A stretch of DNA of 64,000 nt. It comes from Phoronis australis. Its lineage: Eukaryota; Animalia; Phoronida. The position numbers and the translations under genes are program-made. This document shows, one piece after another, positions 37,801-47,820 of the stretch. The stretch is taken from positions 176,032-240,031 of the forward strand of contig NMRA01000532.1 of NCBI GenBank assembly GCA_002633005.1, given 5' to 3'. Every line of letters starts with the position of its first letter. Within the stretch, counting starts at the first letter, position 1. The notes under the pieces were generated by a model. The model was not told where the DNA came from. It saw only the letters and a program-made list of their open reading frames with translations, and searched no databases.

Positions 37801-38589
37801 GAAGCGGTGACCACAGCACAACGGTCGAAATCACAGAGTACAGTTCAACAGACAGTGCATCAGTCTGATATGGCGTCATATTCAGAGCCTCTAACTACTG
37901 GTAAAACACCAATATTTTCAAAGGTGTCAGCAGCGAAGACGACAGTGACAACAAGGAAGATTCAGCTCTTCACGCTACCGAAAATATTTAACAATTACAG
38001 TAGCCCAACTCTAAGGATGAAAAACTCCTCCCCAAGTTCAGCAACGCAGATGGTAGTCACGTCTACACCCAGAAAAATCTCGGCAACAACTCTAGGGCAT
38101 CAACCTGAGTTGGTATCAAGACCTGCTTCAGATCAAATTACAACAGTAAGGCCAAGCACACTAAGGACAAAAAATGAATCAGCAGTGGTTGTGACCAGCA
38201 CAAATAGTTCAGTTACGACATCAGGGAATAATGGTATTGGATTTACAATGACAAGCGCACCACCGAAAATGATTAATTCAACAATTAACTCATCTTTGGG
38301 AAACACCGGACAACAACCTGAAAAACTGTCGGAAGCTGCGGACAGTTCGCTCACACAACTCTTGGTTGGTGGCCTTGTCGCCGGAGCAATTTTACTTGTA
38401 ATCGCTTTAGTCTTGTTGGTCAAGTTCGCAAAGCTTGGATCATGTGCTGATATTTTTAGGACGCGCCCAAGCTATGTGACCCCTTTAGTAAATAAAGAGG
38501 AGAACGATACGACGATGAGACGAAGCACACCCGATTTTACAACGTCAAGACACCGCGCGCTTGATGATGCCTCCCTAATTCTTGTTTAA
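10664..38589 (+). CDS. CLCA: CLCA-family (calcium-activated chloride channel regulator-like) membrane-anchored zinc metalloprotease, 15 coding exons, ~1458 aa
   Basis: Hand-spliced exons with consistent phases give signal peptide, FTEASQALFVATKRRAYFKNITILVP, HLTPDYI, HEFCHLRWGCFDEY, HNAEAPNKHNKKCN, vWA DTSGSM...GST...LSDG, LLDNGAGAD..DGVYS, FSR..SGSF, DLFPPDPILDL, LQWTAVGDDLDQG: the ordered CLCA hallmark motifs. Confidence 0.95.
11156..11882 (+). repeat. Near-identical 363-bp tandem duplication split by N at 11519 (probable allelic overlap artefact)
   Basis: 11156-11518 is nearly identical to 11520-11882. Confidence 0.85.
13939..14316 (+). repeat. Interspersed repeat family C, copy 1
   Basis: ~380 bp, clearly similar to 20452-20860; fragment also at ~59800-59858. 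Confidence 0.8.
15789..16786 (+). repeat. Near-identical ~448-bp duplication (15789-16236 / 16339-16786) with N at 16237 (probable allelic artefact)
   Basis: Few SNPs; first copy ends exactly at the N. Confidence 0.85.
16818..16980. mobile_element. Small hAT-like MITE (CAGGGGCGGATCC…GAATCCGCCACTG); related copy at 40368-40522
   Basis: Short GC-rich inverted ends; shared GGCGGATCCA.GATTTTGAGTT start. Confidence 0.6.
17289..17428 (+). CDS. CLCA: CLCA coding exon 2 (AAFTEASQALFVATKRRAYFKNITILVPRDW...)
   Basis: ttacag acceptor, GTTTGT donor, phase 0-2; strong CLCA motif. Confidence 0.92.
17976..18116. mobile_element. MITE family A copy
   Basis: GAGTTCAGTAACGCCAGGACCT…AGGTCCTAGCTACTGAACTC inverted ends. 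Confidence 0.75.
18260..19080 (-). mobile_element. Decayed LINE ORF2 3' fragment (RTE-X-like) in CLCA intron 2
   Basis: FDTILLPILLYAPEVWG…IEIVQNRFCKFLLGL…SNAAVRGELGR and RICPCCDSGKAETELHFLLECNLY (C-terminal CCHC-type motif); stops and frameshifts. Confidence 0.8.
19778..19941 (+). CDS. CLCA: CLCA coding exon 3 (ANVIIDKQNP...PYVNQIRGCGQPGEYMHLTPDYI)
   Basis: cttcag acceptor, GTCAGT donor, phase 2-1; PY..Q..GCG..GE.IHLTP motif. Confidence 0.92.
20312..20445 (+). CDS. CLCA: CLCA coding exon 4, zinc-binding site (GRTIVHEFCHLRWGCFDEY...KIEAVKCSKE)
   Basis: Not in ORF track; tttcag acceptor, GTAAGC donor, phase 1-0; HExxH followed by the WGxFDEY motif. Confidence 0.95.
20452..20860 (+). repeat. 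Interspersed repeat family C, copy 2, starting right after the exon 4 donor
   Basis: TTCTCACATGACCTGGAAT…GGAAGCCTTG.TGACT shared with 13939-14316. Confidence 0.8.
21112..21255. mobile_element. MITE family B (TIR …AATCCTACAC.AGTCTCAG.TTTATGACA); partial copies at ~15385-15424 and ~59865-59935
   Basis: Inverted ends aatcctacactcgtctcagatttatgaca / tgtcataaaactgagactcttgtaggatt; same end seen at two other loci. Confidence 0.7.
21851..21967 (+). pseudogene. Diverged, 3'-truncated tandem duplicate of CLCA exon 5 (exon 5A: VSDKQFNSIRTLVDQDCKLDQSVLHNDDCVFVPKNQQKA)
   Basis: Same acceptor context (gttttcaag|GTATC) as exon 5B, 328 bp upstream of it; 39 colinear codons, no indel, both Cys kept; lacks the canonical donor and runs to a stop if unspliced. 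Confidence 0.75.
22179..22331 (+). CDS. CLCA: CLCA coding exon 5 (5B: VSGVIHDLKKGQIVKECKLDQSGVYIADCEFAPKYQQKATSSLMYYQTPIT)
   Basis: Not in ORF track; acceptor ttttcaag, donor GTAAGA, phase 0-0; C...C.F.P...Q...SSLM pattern of the CLCA Cys-rich region. Confidence 0.9.
24322..24433 (+). CDS. CLCA: CLCA coding exon 6 (MTAFCDEEHNAEAPNKHNKKCNSKSVWEVMREHDDFK)
   Basis: Not in ORF track; taacag acceptor, GTAAAC donor, phase 0-1; FC...HN.EAPN..N.KCN..S.WEV motif. Confidence 0.95.
24924..25042 (+). CDS. CLCA: CLCA coding exon 7, start of vWA domain (VVLVIDTSGSMS, MIDAS DxSxS)
   Basis: tttttcag acceptor, GTAAGT donor, phase 1-0. Confidence 0.95.
25545..26180 (+). repeat. Degenerate higher-order tandem repeat in CLCA intron 7 (~55-bp subunits within ~290-bp units)
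   Basis: Recurrent CTGG.GAATCACTG…AGTTAAAGTGAGATGAC; GGTTGTGGACG..ATCTG, CAAATACCAAGCA and GGCTACGG each recur ~290 bp apart. Confidence 0.6.
26574..26801 (+). CDS. CLCA: CLCA coding exon 8, vWA (…VALVSFSSSA…GSTCIGCGLKKAMQ)
   Basis: tttcag acceptor, GTAAAC donor, phase 0-0. Confidence 0.93.
27498..27785 (+). CDS. CLCA: CLCA coding exon 9, vWA (GGIIFLLSDGGEN…LAKATGG)
   Basis: ttgcag acceptor, GTAAAC donor, phase 0-0. Confidence 0.93.
28168..28274. mobile_element. MITE family A partial copy
   Basis: AAAATACACGGCAGCATCTC…CCTAGCGAGGTCTTAGCGTAACTGAGCTCCACCCAG. Confidence 0.65.
29447..29828 (+). CDS. CLCA: CLCA coding exon 10 (…YIDGDIGTNTVFFVSW…IPGKTPKGLW…VTSR)
   Basis: tttccag acceptor, GTAATA donor, phase 0-1; typical CLCA post-vWA beta-rich region. 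Confidence 0.92.
30746..30880 (+). CDS. CLCA: CLCA coding exon 11, copy 1 (VYATLRKGYLPVTGAEVYA…LLDNGA)
   Basis: tttcag acceptor, GTAGGA donor, phase 1-1. Confidence 0.9.
31024..31085 (+). repeat. (GT)/(GCGT) compound microsatellite in CLCA intron 11 (length-variant copy at 32423-32510)
   Basis: Direct reading. Confidence 0.85.
31113..31280 (+). CDS. CLCA: CLCA coding exon 12, copy 1 (GADTSLEDGVYSAYFINFAGNGRYDVKVRA…)
   Basis: Not in ORF track; ttgaag acceptor, GTAAGC donor, phase 1-1; completes the DNGAGAD..DGVYS motif. Confidence 0.9.
32143..32277 (+). CDS. CLCA: CLCA coding exon 11, copy 2 (probably the second allele)
   Basis: Essentially identical to 30746-30880; lies after the N at 31437. 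Confidence 0.8.
32662..33010 (-). mobile_element. Decayed retrotransposon RNase H fragment
   Basis: WTLIYTDGYDENAISNRGRGAFV resembles the IYTDGS….NGG.G RNase H motif of RNase H-bearing non-LTR elements. Confidence 0.6.
33408..33575 (+). CDS. CLCA: CLCA coding exon 12, copy 2 (probably the second allele; NFTGNG vs NFAGNG)
   Basis: Near-identical to 31113-31280 with intact splice sites. Confidence 0.8.
33937..34079 (+). CDS. CLCA: CLCA coding exon 13 (…DPFSRQVPSGSFKV…DLFPPDPILDLK)
   Basis: tttcag acceptor, GTACTT donor, phase 1-0; FSR..SGSF and D.FPP..I.DL motifs. Confidence 0.92.
35534..35612 (+). CDS. CLCA: CLCA coding exon 14, FnIII start (IKSVSYDNATVTLQWTAVGDDLDQGQ)
   Basis: Not in ORF track; ttgtag acceptor, GTAAGC donor, phase 0-1; L.WTA.GDD.D.G motif. 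Confidence 0.93.
36629..38589 (+). CDS. CLCA: CLCA terminal coding exon 15: rest of FnIII, ~490-aa Ser/Thr-rich mucin-like stalk, TM helix (38359-38421), ~55-aa cytoplasmic tail
   Basis: cttacag acceptor in phase 1; YAFAVKAVD…SISNLVTA FnIII end; 661-aa ORF; LLVGGLVAGAILLVIALVLLV followed by K. Confidence 0.93.
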
Positions 38590-39829
38590 CGATTATGAGG
38601 ACCCCCGAGAATACTTAAAAAACTCCTACTACGGACCATGGAAAATTGGCCTGCCGAACTTTGTAGGCTACGGTGTGTTCAAATACCAATAGATTCGTAA
38701 CAGCGAAATAAAACAATACGTTTTTATAAGAACTCGGTGCATTTTAAAGGGTTTTACATCGAAGTTTGATGATTTGTTGGTGTTGAACGATAAATTTAAG
38801 CGATAAGCTGACACCAGTAACCCGTGTTTTGAACTGCTGAAACCAATGACGTCATTGTATAATTTCAACACCTCCGTCTACCGTCAGGTGTCAGGTAACG
38901 CAACCCAACATGCCGTTATCGAGTAGAACTACTCGATCTAAATTGATACAAAACAGGTTATTGTTTTGGGTGGCATGCTCCTTTGAGGTTACCCGTAACC
39001 TTGAAATATGGCACCCTTATGTCACTATAATAAATAAATATGATAATAAATTAATTCCAATCATTTCTTACAAGGACCCAGGTAAGGGATTTGATAACGA
39101 ACAAAATATCTTCATAAAAATTTCACCCTACAAAGTGATCACGAAAAGAACAACTTTAGACAGTCGAGTGGACTTCTCTTAAAATTATATCTATTCCCCT
39201 TTGATTACTATTTTGTATGACTGCGTGAAGTTGGGTAGTGTCAGTATCATCATTAACGTCGCAGCAATCAAAAATAAAACACCAAACAAAATAAAAGATC
39301 AATAATAAAAATGAACGAAATTTTTATATATTGTACGAAAATATCAATCATCTTGAACTGTATCATATCACTTGGAAAACAAATTTTAAAGTCAGAGGTC
39401 AGTTATTGCTGCATGGTTTCGTCGCTCTTACAAAACGGTTCCAAACCGAACTTCATGTAAACCAATCATTGGTTCACATGATGTGAACTAGTGTAAAATG
39501 ACTTGTGATAAGCAAAATAAGAAGCTCACTTAGAAGTTAATCATTTGAATTTGATTTGTTAATAAACGTTTTGTCAAATACGCAACGATTTCTGTTTGGA
39601 ACTCAACAGTGAGAGCTGGCGTCTCAAAAAGGAGTTTGTTGTATGAAGGTCTGGCCAAAACTAATAAATAACCTGCTAAAAATGCGATACTTTCCTTTTG
39701 AGTTGGAGAGTATCATGAGCTTAACAAGTACTTTTTATTTGTGATATAAGTCACCTGACCTAGATATTATGTTTTCTAGCGCTTTGTTTTCTTTAATGTG
39801 CATTGTATTTTTGCAATAAAACATTCAAG

Positions 39830-41520
39830 AAGTCACACCATGCAATCGAACTCCGTATCTCTACAGTCGCAATGTAACGCTCTGCCACTGATCTTCATGT
39901 AAATAGCACTTTTCTAACTGGATGGTAACTATTTACGCCTTCTTAAATCGAAGTTACTGCGGGAATGATTTCAGAAAATGGCTGGCAGAAAAAGACAATT
40001 TATAGTACTACCACGAAATGCGATGAATTTTGTTGTGTCATTGTTCTGGCCGAAGCTAATAATTATGCATGTAAATCTATTCACCAAAAATAATCGCATA
40101 CATGTGTTTTTCTGTTGCAAAACGAGTAATGTCCCTTTAAGAGTTGTTATGAGGAAAAACTACGAGAAATAGGTGGCAGAATGGAATCGCACCTGGTACA
40201 TGTACCTCTGCGGACCCATATTGAAATGGTTGCTACACTGGCGATGATTTCTGTGAATGTCTCGCCGACGACAGCGACACATGGCAATTTGAAAGAAAAT
40301 CACAAAACAATGGTTCATTTGGTTTGTGGTCTCAAAGCACATAACTTCAAAAACTCTATGCCACCCACAGAGGCGGATCCATGATTTTGAGTTGGTGGGG
40401 GGTGGGGGCAGAGTGATAGCAAGGATTTTTCGACATTTTCACCCCAGAACTGCCAAATAGAACGTAGAAAAATTTTAGAGGAGCCATGGCTCCCTTGTCC
40501 CGCGCTCCTAAATCGGCCTCTGACCCAACACTCATAGTAAAATTGTGATTTTCGACCGCAAAACCGATACAGTTAACTTTTAAAAGTTAAAGGGACGTTA
40601 CGGGTCAAAACGAAGTTCTTCGGAAGTAAGTAGCGAAATGGAATCGAACCCAGTGTCTTTGCGAATATAGTCTGACACTGTGCCGCTGAGTTAAAACACT
40701 CATTAGATCACAGGAGATATCTGCCAGACACAACAGCAAAAATGGAGCTTTGAAAAAAATGAATAAATTTTGTTTTTTCATAACTCTAGTCATATGTGTA
40801 GTTCTGGTCAAAGCTGTTGACTGCAAGAATAATCGTAAAAATGCCGTGATGGGACATAATGGGAAAACGCCATTATTCTGAGATCTGTCGCATGATGGAA
40901 TCGAATTGCTAGCTTCAGCAGCCTAAGGCTTTGCCGCTGAGTCAATTCACGTTCTGCAAATGTCAGTGACACAGGCTACGATTTCAGACAAAGTATAGGG
41001 CCTAAAAAACATCAGCGAGAAGTGAAATTTGTTATGAAAACGCAAACACACAATGAAATATATATTTTTTTTAATTCTGATAAAAGGTATGAATTTCAAG
41101 AAGTAGTCGTATCACTTAACAATAATTCTTATTGTGCGTTGTCCATGATAAGGACATTGTGGACAAAAATGTGTTTTCGTATGCGGGCCGCACCGTGATT
41201 CGAGCACAGAACCTATGTATACCTACTTGTTGCATAACGCATTGCCCCTTAGCTAAATCACATTCGTAAAACGCTTTTTGGCCATAAAACCGACAATGTC
41301 CCATGAGTGAACACGGTAATCACCCTCCCCTATGATAAATGAACGAGGAAAACCGACGTTTGAAGTTAAATTCAGCAGGGGTCATCTTAACATCGTGGGC
41401 CCTCGGGCGCAACAGTTCACTTGCGAACCTGTTATACCAACCAACTGTTAATAGCATTAAAAAACGGAAATTGTGTACCAAGATCTACTTGTGTATTCCG
41501 CGGTGTCGAATAGGGACTCA
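39830..41520 (-). repeat. Degenerate tandem array of the same tRNA-derived units downstream of CLCA
   Basis: B-box-like reverse complements at ~39842, 40182, 40639, 40896, 41196, 41505; the unit at 40635 reads TTAACTCAGCGGCACAGTGTCAGACT…GGGTTCGATTCC on the minus strand; shared body motifs. Confidence 0.6.
40368..40522. mobile_element. Small hAT-like MITE (CAGAGGCGGATCC…AAATCGGCCTCTG)
   Basis: Inverted ends; similar to 16818-16980. Confidence 0.55.
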
Positions 41521-42912
41521 ACTAAATCCCCTAAATCTGCTGCGTATTGTGGAGTTTCTATTATTTTCTTTGAATTCAGGATCAATTTGCTAGTTATATT
41601 AATAGAAAATGTCTTTAGTTAAAGAGGAGATCATAATAAAGATGAAATGACAGAAAAAGATTACACCTGTGAGTAAACAAACGACGCAAATAGGCAAAAG
41701 ATTTAGGGAACTTAGTTGATTTGGGACTGTTTCATGCAACCTGGCACCTAGCTCCATTACGCTCGGGTCACTAGCAATGTAAGTTAAATAGATCAAGGAA
41801 ATATCTTAACAAGCAAATACTTCTTAATAATTTCAGTACAACAGTCTGCAGCAGAACTGATACACGGGGGGGGGGNGGGGGATCGAACGAGCCCCATCCA
41901 CGATTTCAAGTTGGCGAAGTGGACAAAAAAGGTCTGCCTCAGAGAAAAAAAGTCCGAAAAAACGAGACAAAAAGTCCACTAAACTGGCGCAAACGCACAA
42001 TTTCGCAGTTGTGGACGTGGTACCCCTTTTTTTCTTTTTTTTTTCTTTTTTTCAGTCCTTCGCCTGCTTTTGTCAGTAAAAGGTCGACATCGTCGGAAAT
42101 TCGAGAGCCCCCATATATAAGGCTGGGTGCGCGCATACTATGTGTGGAAACACAATGCAAGATATATTTTACACTGTTTCTGTAATCAAGAATTTGTCAC
42201 AGCCAATTACATAGATTTATTCCAAAACACTCAAAACCAGAAACTTTCAGCTCATGAAAGTTACCGTAGAATCAATCGGCTCGTCAGTTTCCATATCGAG
42301 AACTCGTGTTGAGAAAAGTCTCGCGGAAATAGTCCGAACAGGAAACTTTTTCTTATTTATCGTCGGCGAACTGTTGTTGATATCATCAACATCTAGACGG
42401 AGACATAGCGCCGATCAGCTTAGTTGACATGATAATGTGCCATGCGTTGTGAGACGATGCTTTATAATGTCAGTTTGCTCACTATTGTTACGACAAGTTA
42501 AACCATTGATATCTTATACTATATCAATGCATAAAACATTGAATCTTGAAAATATCGGCTTTGTCCACCCGTGCCTTTACTTTACGTCTTGTTGAATAGG
42601 GCCGGGGCACTGAATTGCCCCCCCCCCCCCCNGCACTGTATTTATCGATAGACCTATCGGTTCGCCAATAGCAGCGCCTATCAATGATTAAAAAACACGG
42701 TTAAATGTTTGAACACTCGGTAGGCCTACTATCTATCTGTGACGGAAAAAACTAACTGGCATAGCACTGAATGACTATGCCAAAGCGGCATTTGTTAGCC
42801 TGAAACAGGAATTAATCTCCTTCACTGACTACAAATTCCCCTACAATTGTTTGGCTAAATAAGTAATTTTATTGGTACAAAGTAATTTGATGAGCTGCTA
42901 ACTACTAGACTG

Positions 42913-43677
42913 GGTAATTGTTTACAATATGACGACAATGACTTAGACATATGATTTTGGTATCGTTCGATTCCTCGCGCCGTCATCTTTCCAAAACTAT
43001 AAGAATTGATCCCCTACCGCGTTTTCTCCATATATTGTCGTCGAATTTCAGTTGGTCACTTATTCCCGGTGGACACCGCCATGTTAGCTCAACACAAGAT
43101 TACAGCGACACCTACTGTTAATGAATGAAACAGCATCATTGATTCTGAATTTCTGAATGGTGTTTGCCTGCGCGAGATTCCCGCTAAAGTTTTCCTGGCA
43201 TAATAAATATTGATGAACAAACATTTTTTAAATTGTGACCATTTGACCATTTTTCCACGAAATTGTCTGAAGTGATACTCTTTTCACAAATTTGGACCTC
43301 AAAAACAACCTCCGTTGTTTTGGCGGATTCTTGCTAGCAGGTGCGTATATCAGGGTCACCATAGGATCGAATTCGAATCCTTGATTCCGTAACTGGGGCA
43401 GGGGATTAACGGGTCTCGGTCAATTTGAACTTATGAAAAGCGACGATCTGCAAGTCGGTAAATTAGTTCAGTTTTTGACCGCCAGGTGACTCCTTCCATT
43501 CAACATGGCGTACTACCGCGTACCAGGAATTGTGCTAGAAGAAATTTCACGATAAAATACTAAGGGAACGGGGTAGGAGAAATTTCTGTGTTTATTTGGA
43601 AAGATAACATTGCGAGGAATCGAGCGATACCAAAATCATATGTCTAAGTCATTGTCGTCATATTGTAAACAATTACC
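42913..43677. mobile_element. ~765-bp non-autonomous foldback/TIR element
   Basis: GGTAATTGTTTACAATATGACGACAATGACTTAGACATATGATTTTGGTATCG.TCGATTCCTCGC at 42913 and its near-perfect reverse complement ending 43677; degenerate inverted similarity continues inward to ~175 bp. Confidence 0.85.
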
Positions 43678-44529
43678 GGGAGCTAGCCCTGGGCTTAGGT
43701 TATAATCTTCGAATTCCGACTCGACTAACACTCAAACTAAAAAAAAACAGTCACCCCCTGTAATTTGTGTACGAGTTTGAAAGTCTGCTCGAAACGTGAC
43801 ATGTAAAAGGTTAATTTTCCAATCTCGTCCCGAGTTCAGATATTAGGCCAAGAGTTCTGCTTTTATTACTGACTGACATTAACAAGGTGATGCTGTAGTG
43901 AAAAAGTACATTGTATCAATTAATTTACTGAAATTCTCAACAAAGTGGACTATCAACTTACCAGGCCATGGACACCCTGTATCTTACGACGAAAGTCAAA
44001 CGGTAAGACACCAGATGGAAACTCTTGAAATTTGCGGCCACAACTTTTTTCTCAGTTAATAGCGTTAAATCCGCGCTTTCTGTCAAAATTAGTTTTGATT
44101 TAATCCACCTACCGTTATAAACAGTAAGTGACCTCGATTACAATTGGTTTTTGACCGTGTGTACCGGTAAGAAAAGTGGTGTTACGAGAAAATGCCAGAA
44201 GAATTTCCTGGTGTCTTCAGTAGAATACCTGGTATCACATACAATGTACATCCATAGTACATGTACCTGAGTGGATAACCATGAAATTGATACCATCATT
44301 GTTACGTTTGGCACTATATTGTCGTGAAATTACACCAACAAATGAGCTAGTTTGGTAATACGGGCTCGTAAAAGGGTCGGATGGTTTGATCGCAGCTGGT
44401 ACATTCAAGAGGAAACGCCCTCAGGTGGAGAGAGTGTGCTAGACTCCCCAGGATTTTCAAAGGATGGATTTGCTGTGATGCGACACAAAGATGTGTCTGT
44501 TTTGCGCGTTATGTTGACATGCGCGATAC

Positions 44530-44760
44530 AGGGATGACATAAGCAACATGCGTGTTCATGACGTCATCCGCAAACGGACCGCCCGTCATTGGATCAGCGG
44601 CAGAAGCGTTTTATGGGGTAAGTAGACTGAATTTTTGCCAAATTTCTTTCACTGTAGTGATTAGATTGTTTCACGAACTAAATTTCAATGCAACGCAATA
44701 TTCTTCGTGTACACCAGGCCTACTTATGGGAATCTGACCCGTATTGGAATGACGTCATCA
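44530..44760 (+). promoter_or_regulatory. Candidate FAM81 promoter/first exon: two full CRE palindromes (TGACGTCA at 44559 and 44750), X-box-like GATGACATAAGCAAC (~44533), ATGGG|GTAAGT donor at 44613-44623
   Basis: CpG-richer patch; consensus GTAAGT donor; ATG GG joins in frame to the exon at 49145. Confidence 0.5.
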
Positions 44761-47659
44761 GGCTTACCCAAGAAGTAGTTTTTGGACCGTACTTTAATAA
44801 GCAATCGCTGTCGTTTCGATGGTCGTGGCCTTGGTGTCTGCAAGTGTGTAGGATTTCTTGTGTATAACTTTTGAGATGGGCTTTTATCCAGAATTGTGCG
44901 AGGTTTGATCAGGAATTACTGTCCTATATTTTTACTTCATTTTAATTCGTTTCTTGGTGGTTTTGGGCACTGGTGTTACTGTTAATGTGTTTATCAGCTG
45001 CTCAGGCACCTTGGATGACTTGGTTCCAGCTGGTTTTAACTTTTATATGTATAGTTGTTTTATATTTTTGTGCTTTGTCTCGTTAGTTAGGCTATGCAAA
45101 TGAGCCTACACCATGAACACATGGAGAAGTTCCTTTCTGAAGGCGGTTCGTCTCTGAAAAGAAGAATACAAGAATCTTGTGCTGAGGGAAGACCGAGTTT
45201 AAGGACAAGATAGCAAGTGTTGTCAGTTAAAGGGGTTTGTTGGCAAGAACACCCGTCGTGCGAATGTTCCGGGGATGAATGTTGGTGACACGCTGTTGCT
45301 GGATTTGTGTTGCTGTCAACAGATTGAAATAGGGTTATTTTGAATAAACTACCATTATCGTTCAGTCCCAGGCGTGATTCAGTTGACTGAAAATTCCCAT
45401 GGTCCCATTGCGACATCCTAAATCTGGCTGTGAGGAACCTTTTCCCTTGAACCTGTTTTTTGGTCGAATTGAATGCAATAAATCTGTACATTTTCTTCCC
45501 AAAGAGCTACATGTAAGTTATTATAATTCATTCACAGGTGATATCATGGTGTGGGGACCTGTACTGCGTGTTTGGACTGGTCATGAGTAGTACGGCGTCG
45601 TCATGGGCAATTTGATGTAGGAATACAACACCAGTCGCACAAAATTGTCTTTAAATAGTAGAAATGTATGCTACATGTAATTAGAAACAGTGTGGAAAGC
45701 GCTGAAAGCTTCTCACGTTAGTGTGAAGAGCAATGACGGCCCAGTGCGACTTGGTAGCAGTGGTGCTGTTAAGAAGTCAGAAATATCGGTGAAAGTTTGT
45801 TATAAAATGATGCATACTGTAGTTGATTTAATACATTTCATACTGTAAGTGATATTTTATAAAGATGTGTATGTGCTGCAAAAGTTTCAGCTAAAAAAGT
45901 GTTCTTGATTAACAAAGATATGGAAAGTGTAAATTAGGCAGTCTGACAAACGGCTGTACGGACTCGCCTGAGCCAACTGTACAGGAATAGATTTTTGGAA
46001 AATTGTACGAACTCGTCATGAGCAGATTTTCTTGAAAATTTTAGAATTTCGTCAGTGAGCTGGATAAGAATTAGTTAAATGTTAACTAGAGTAGACTGTT
46101 TAACTTCATAATTATCAATAGTTCTCGAGGAGTGTAGTTGGATAGGTCATTTGAGAACTACGAAGATTGAATGCGTGTTTGTATTTGCAAATGGTGTGTA
46201 AAGTGAGAACACAGGTAAAAAGTATTAGGCCATTGTCATTAACCATTTTGGACAGAGTGAAATCGATTTGAAAACATTTTACACTTTTTCCGATAAACCA
46301 GCTTCAACTGCTGCAAAAATAAAATGTGAGTTAATTAACTCGCTATCACCCACTTTGACCATCAACCTTTAATTTACGTTTCAAACAGGAAATGAAAATA
46401 TACGGATTTATGGAATTTGCCTTTTCCTACAACATTGTATGCCATGAATCGTCACCTGTAGCTGTTAAAGATTCAGCACATGTTAGTCCTGGCTATATTG
46501 CCAAATTATACAATTGATTGAACCTGTATAAGTGTCGTGATTCATGTCTTGATTTCGTGATAAGTACTTTCCTGAGGATGTTGTACTGGTGTCAAATGAA
46601 TGCTGGATCATTGATATTTACATGTATAGGAGAATACAGTTTCGCCACAATTAAAGTAATGGTAAAAATCTCATTGAAACAAACGTTTTATTCTACGCAC
46701 CTTTCTCGGGGTATCATACGCTAAGATGAAATAATTTATTTAACCAGAGCTAAGAAGTGTGTTCAAGGGACTGGGAAATATGATCTGTGAGGGGAATATG
46801 CGTACATGAGAGGAAATACATGTAGCGTGTGCGGGGGAAAACTGTGCACAGGCCCGTCGAGGCCGTGGAAGGACTGGGGTGTATACATGTACATGTAGCT
46901 GTCATGAATTAAATTGTTTGCAGCATAGTATTAATGTTGTAGTATTCTGTGGTTTAAGGAAAACAGGTTGTTAACACTGATAGTCCCACTTTTAACCTTC
47001 AACTCGTTACTACATTTAAGCTAAATTGTTGTCCGTTACCAGCGCTTCTAGTGATACGGTGGCCGCAGACATAGCCGACTAGTCGCTAATCCTCGAAAAT
47101 TGTCTGCCTCCAGAATTCAACTTTAAGCGATTTTTGATCATACACATCATCGTGGAACGAGCCCCTGCTCTTTGAAAAGGAACGTTTTCCACAAGAGACA
47201 AAAATGATAACACGGTGGTTATCCTCTCGTTTAGCTGTAAGTCGCAAGTAAAAGATTACACGTACAGCCTGAATTCAGTTCTTCGTTTCAAACTACACAA
47301 GGATACAGTTATATTTACACACAATACCATGCTTGCCAATAATTCAGGAATAGTAAATTTTTGAAGATGCGCACGTCTAAACAAGATTTTAAATCTCAAA
47401 ATGCTTGTTTTCAAAAAATAGGCCTACTCTGCATCCACAGCTGTCAAGATGTTTCTCACAATATCGTTAAGGCTTAACATAGGAAATCCTTTAAAATCCT
47501 TTTGAATAGCACTTGCTGCCCACTATGGGAAGCCCGATGAAAACATTGAACCATAAATGAGATGATTTTAAAATCTTAGAGTGCAATGGTGTATTAGCAC
47601 TTTGCTAAACATACATTGTGTATATTGCACTGTGTCCACGTTAAATAAATTTAAAAATA

Positions 47660-47795
47660 TCAATAACAACAATAATGATAACGACACCGATAACGAGTAA
47701 TAGTAGTGAAAGTAGTAATAATAGTAATAGCAGCAATAGTAGTAATGGTAGTAATGGTATAGTAATAGTAATGTAATCGTAATAAAATGATAATG
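47660..47795 (+). repeat. Degenerate (TAA/TAG)n trinucleotide microsatellite
   Basis: Direct reading. Confidence 0.85.
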
Positions 47796-47820
47796 GGTAG
47801 CCAGATTCATGCCGTGTCAG

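Noticed and set aside
36649-38423. Several minus-strand Val-rich ORFs
   Set aside because: Antisense shadows of the Thr-rich ACN codons of the CLCA stalk
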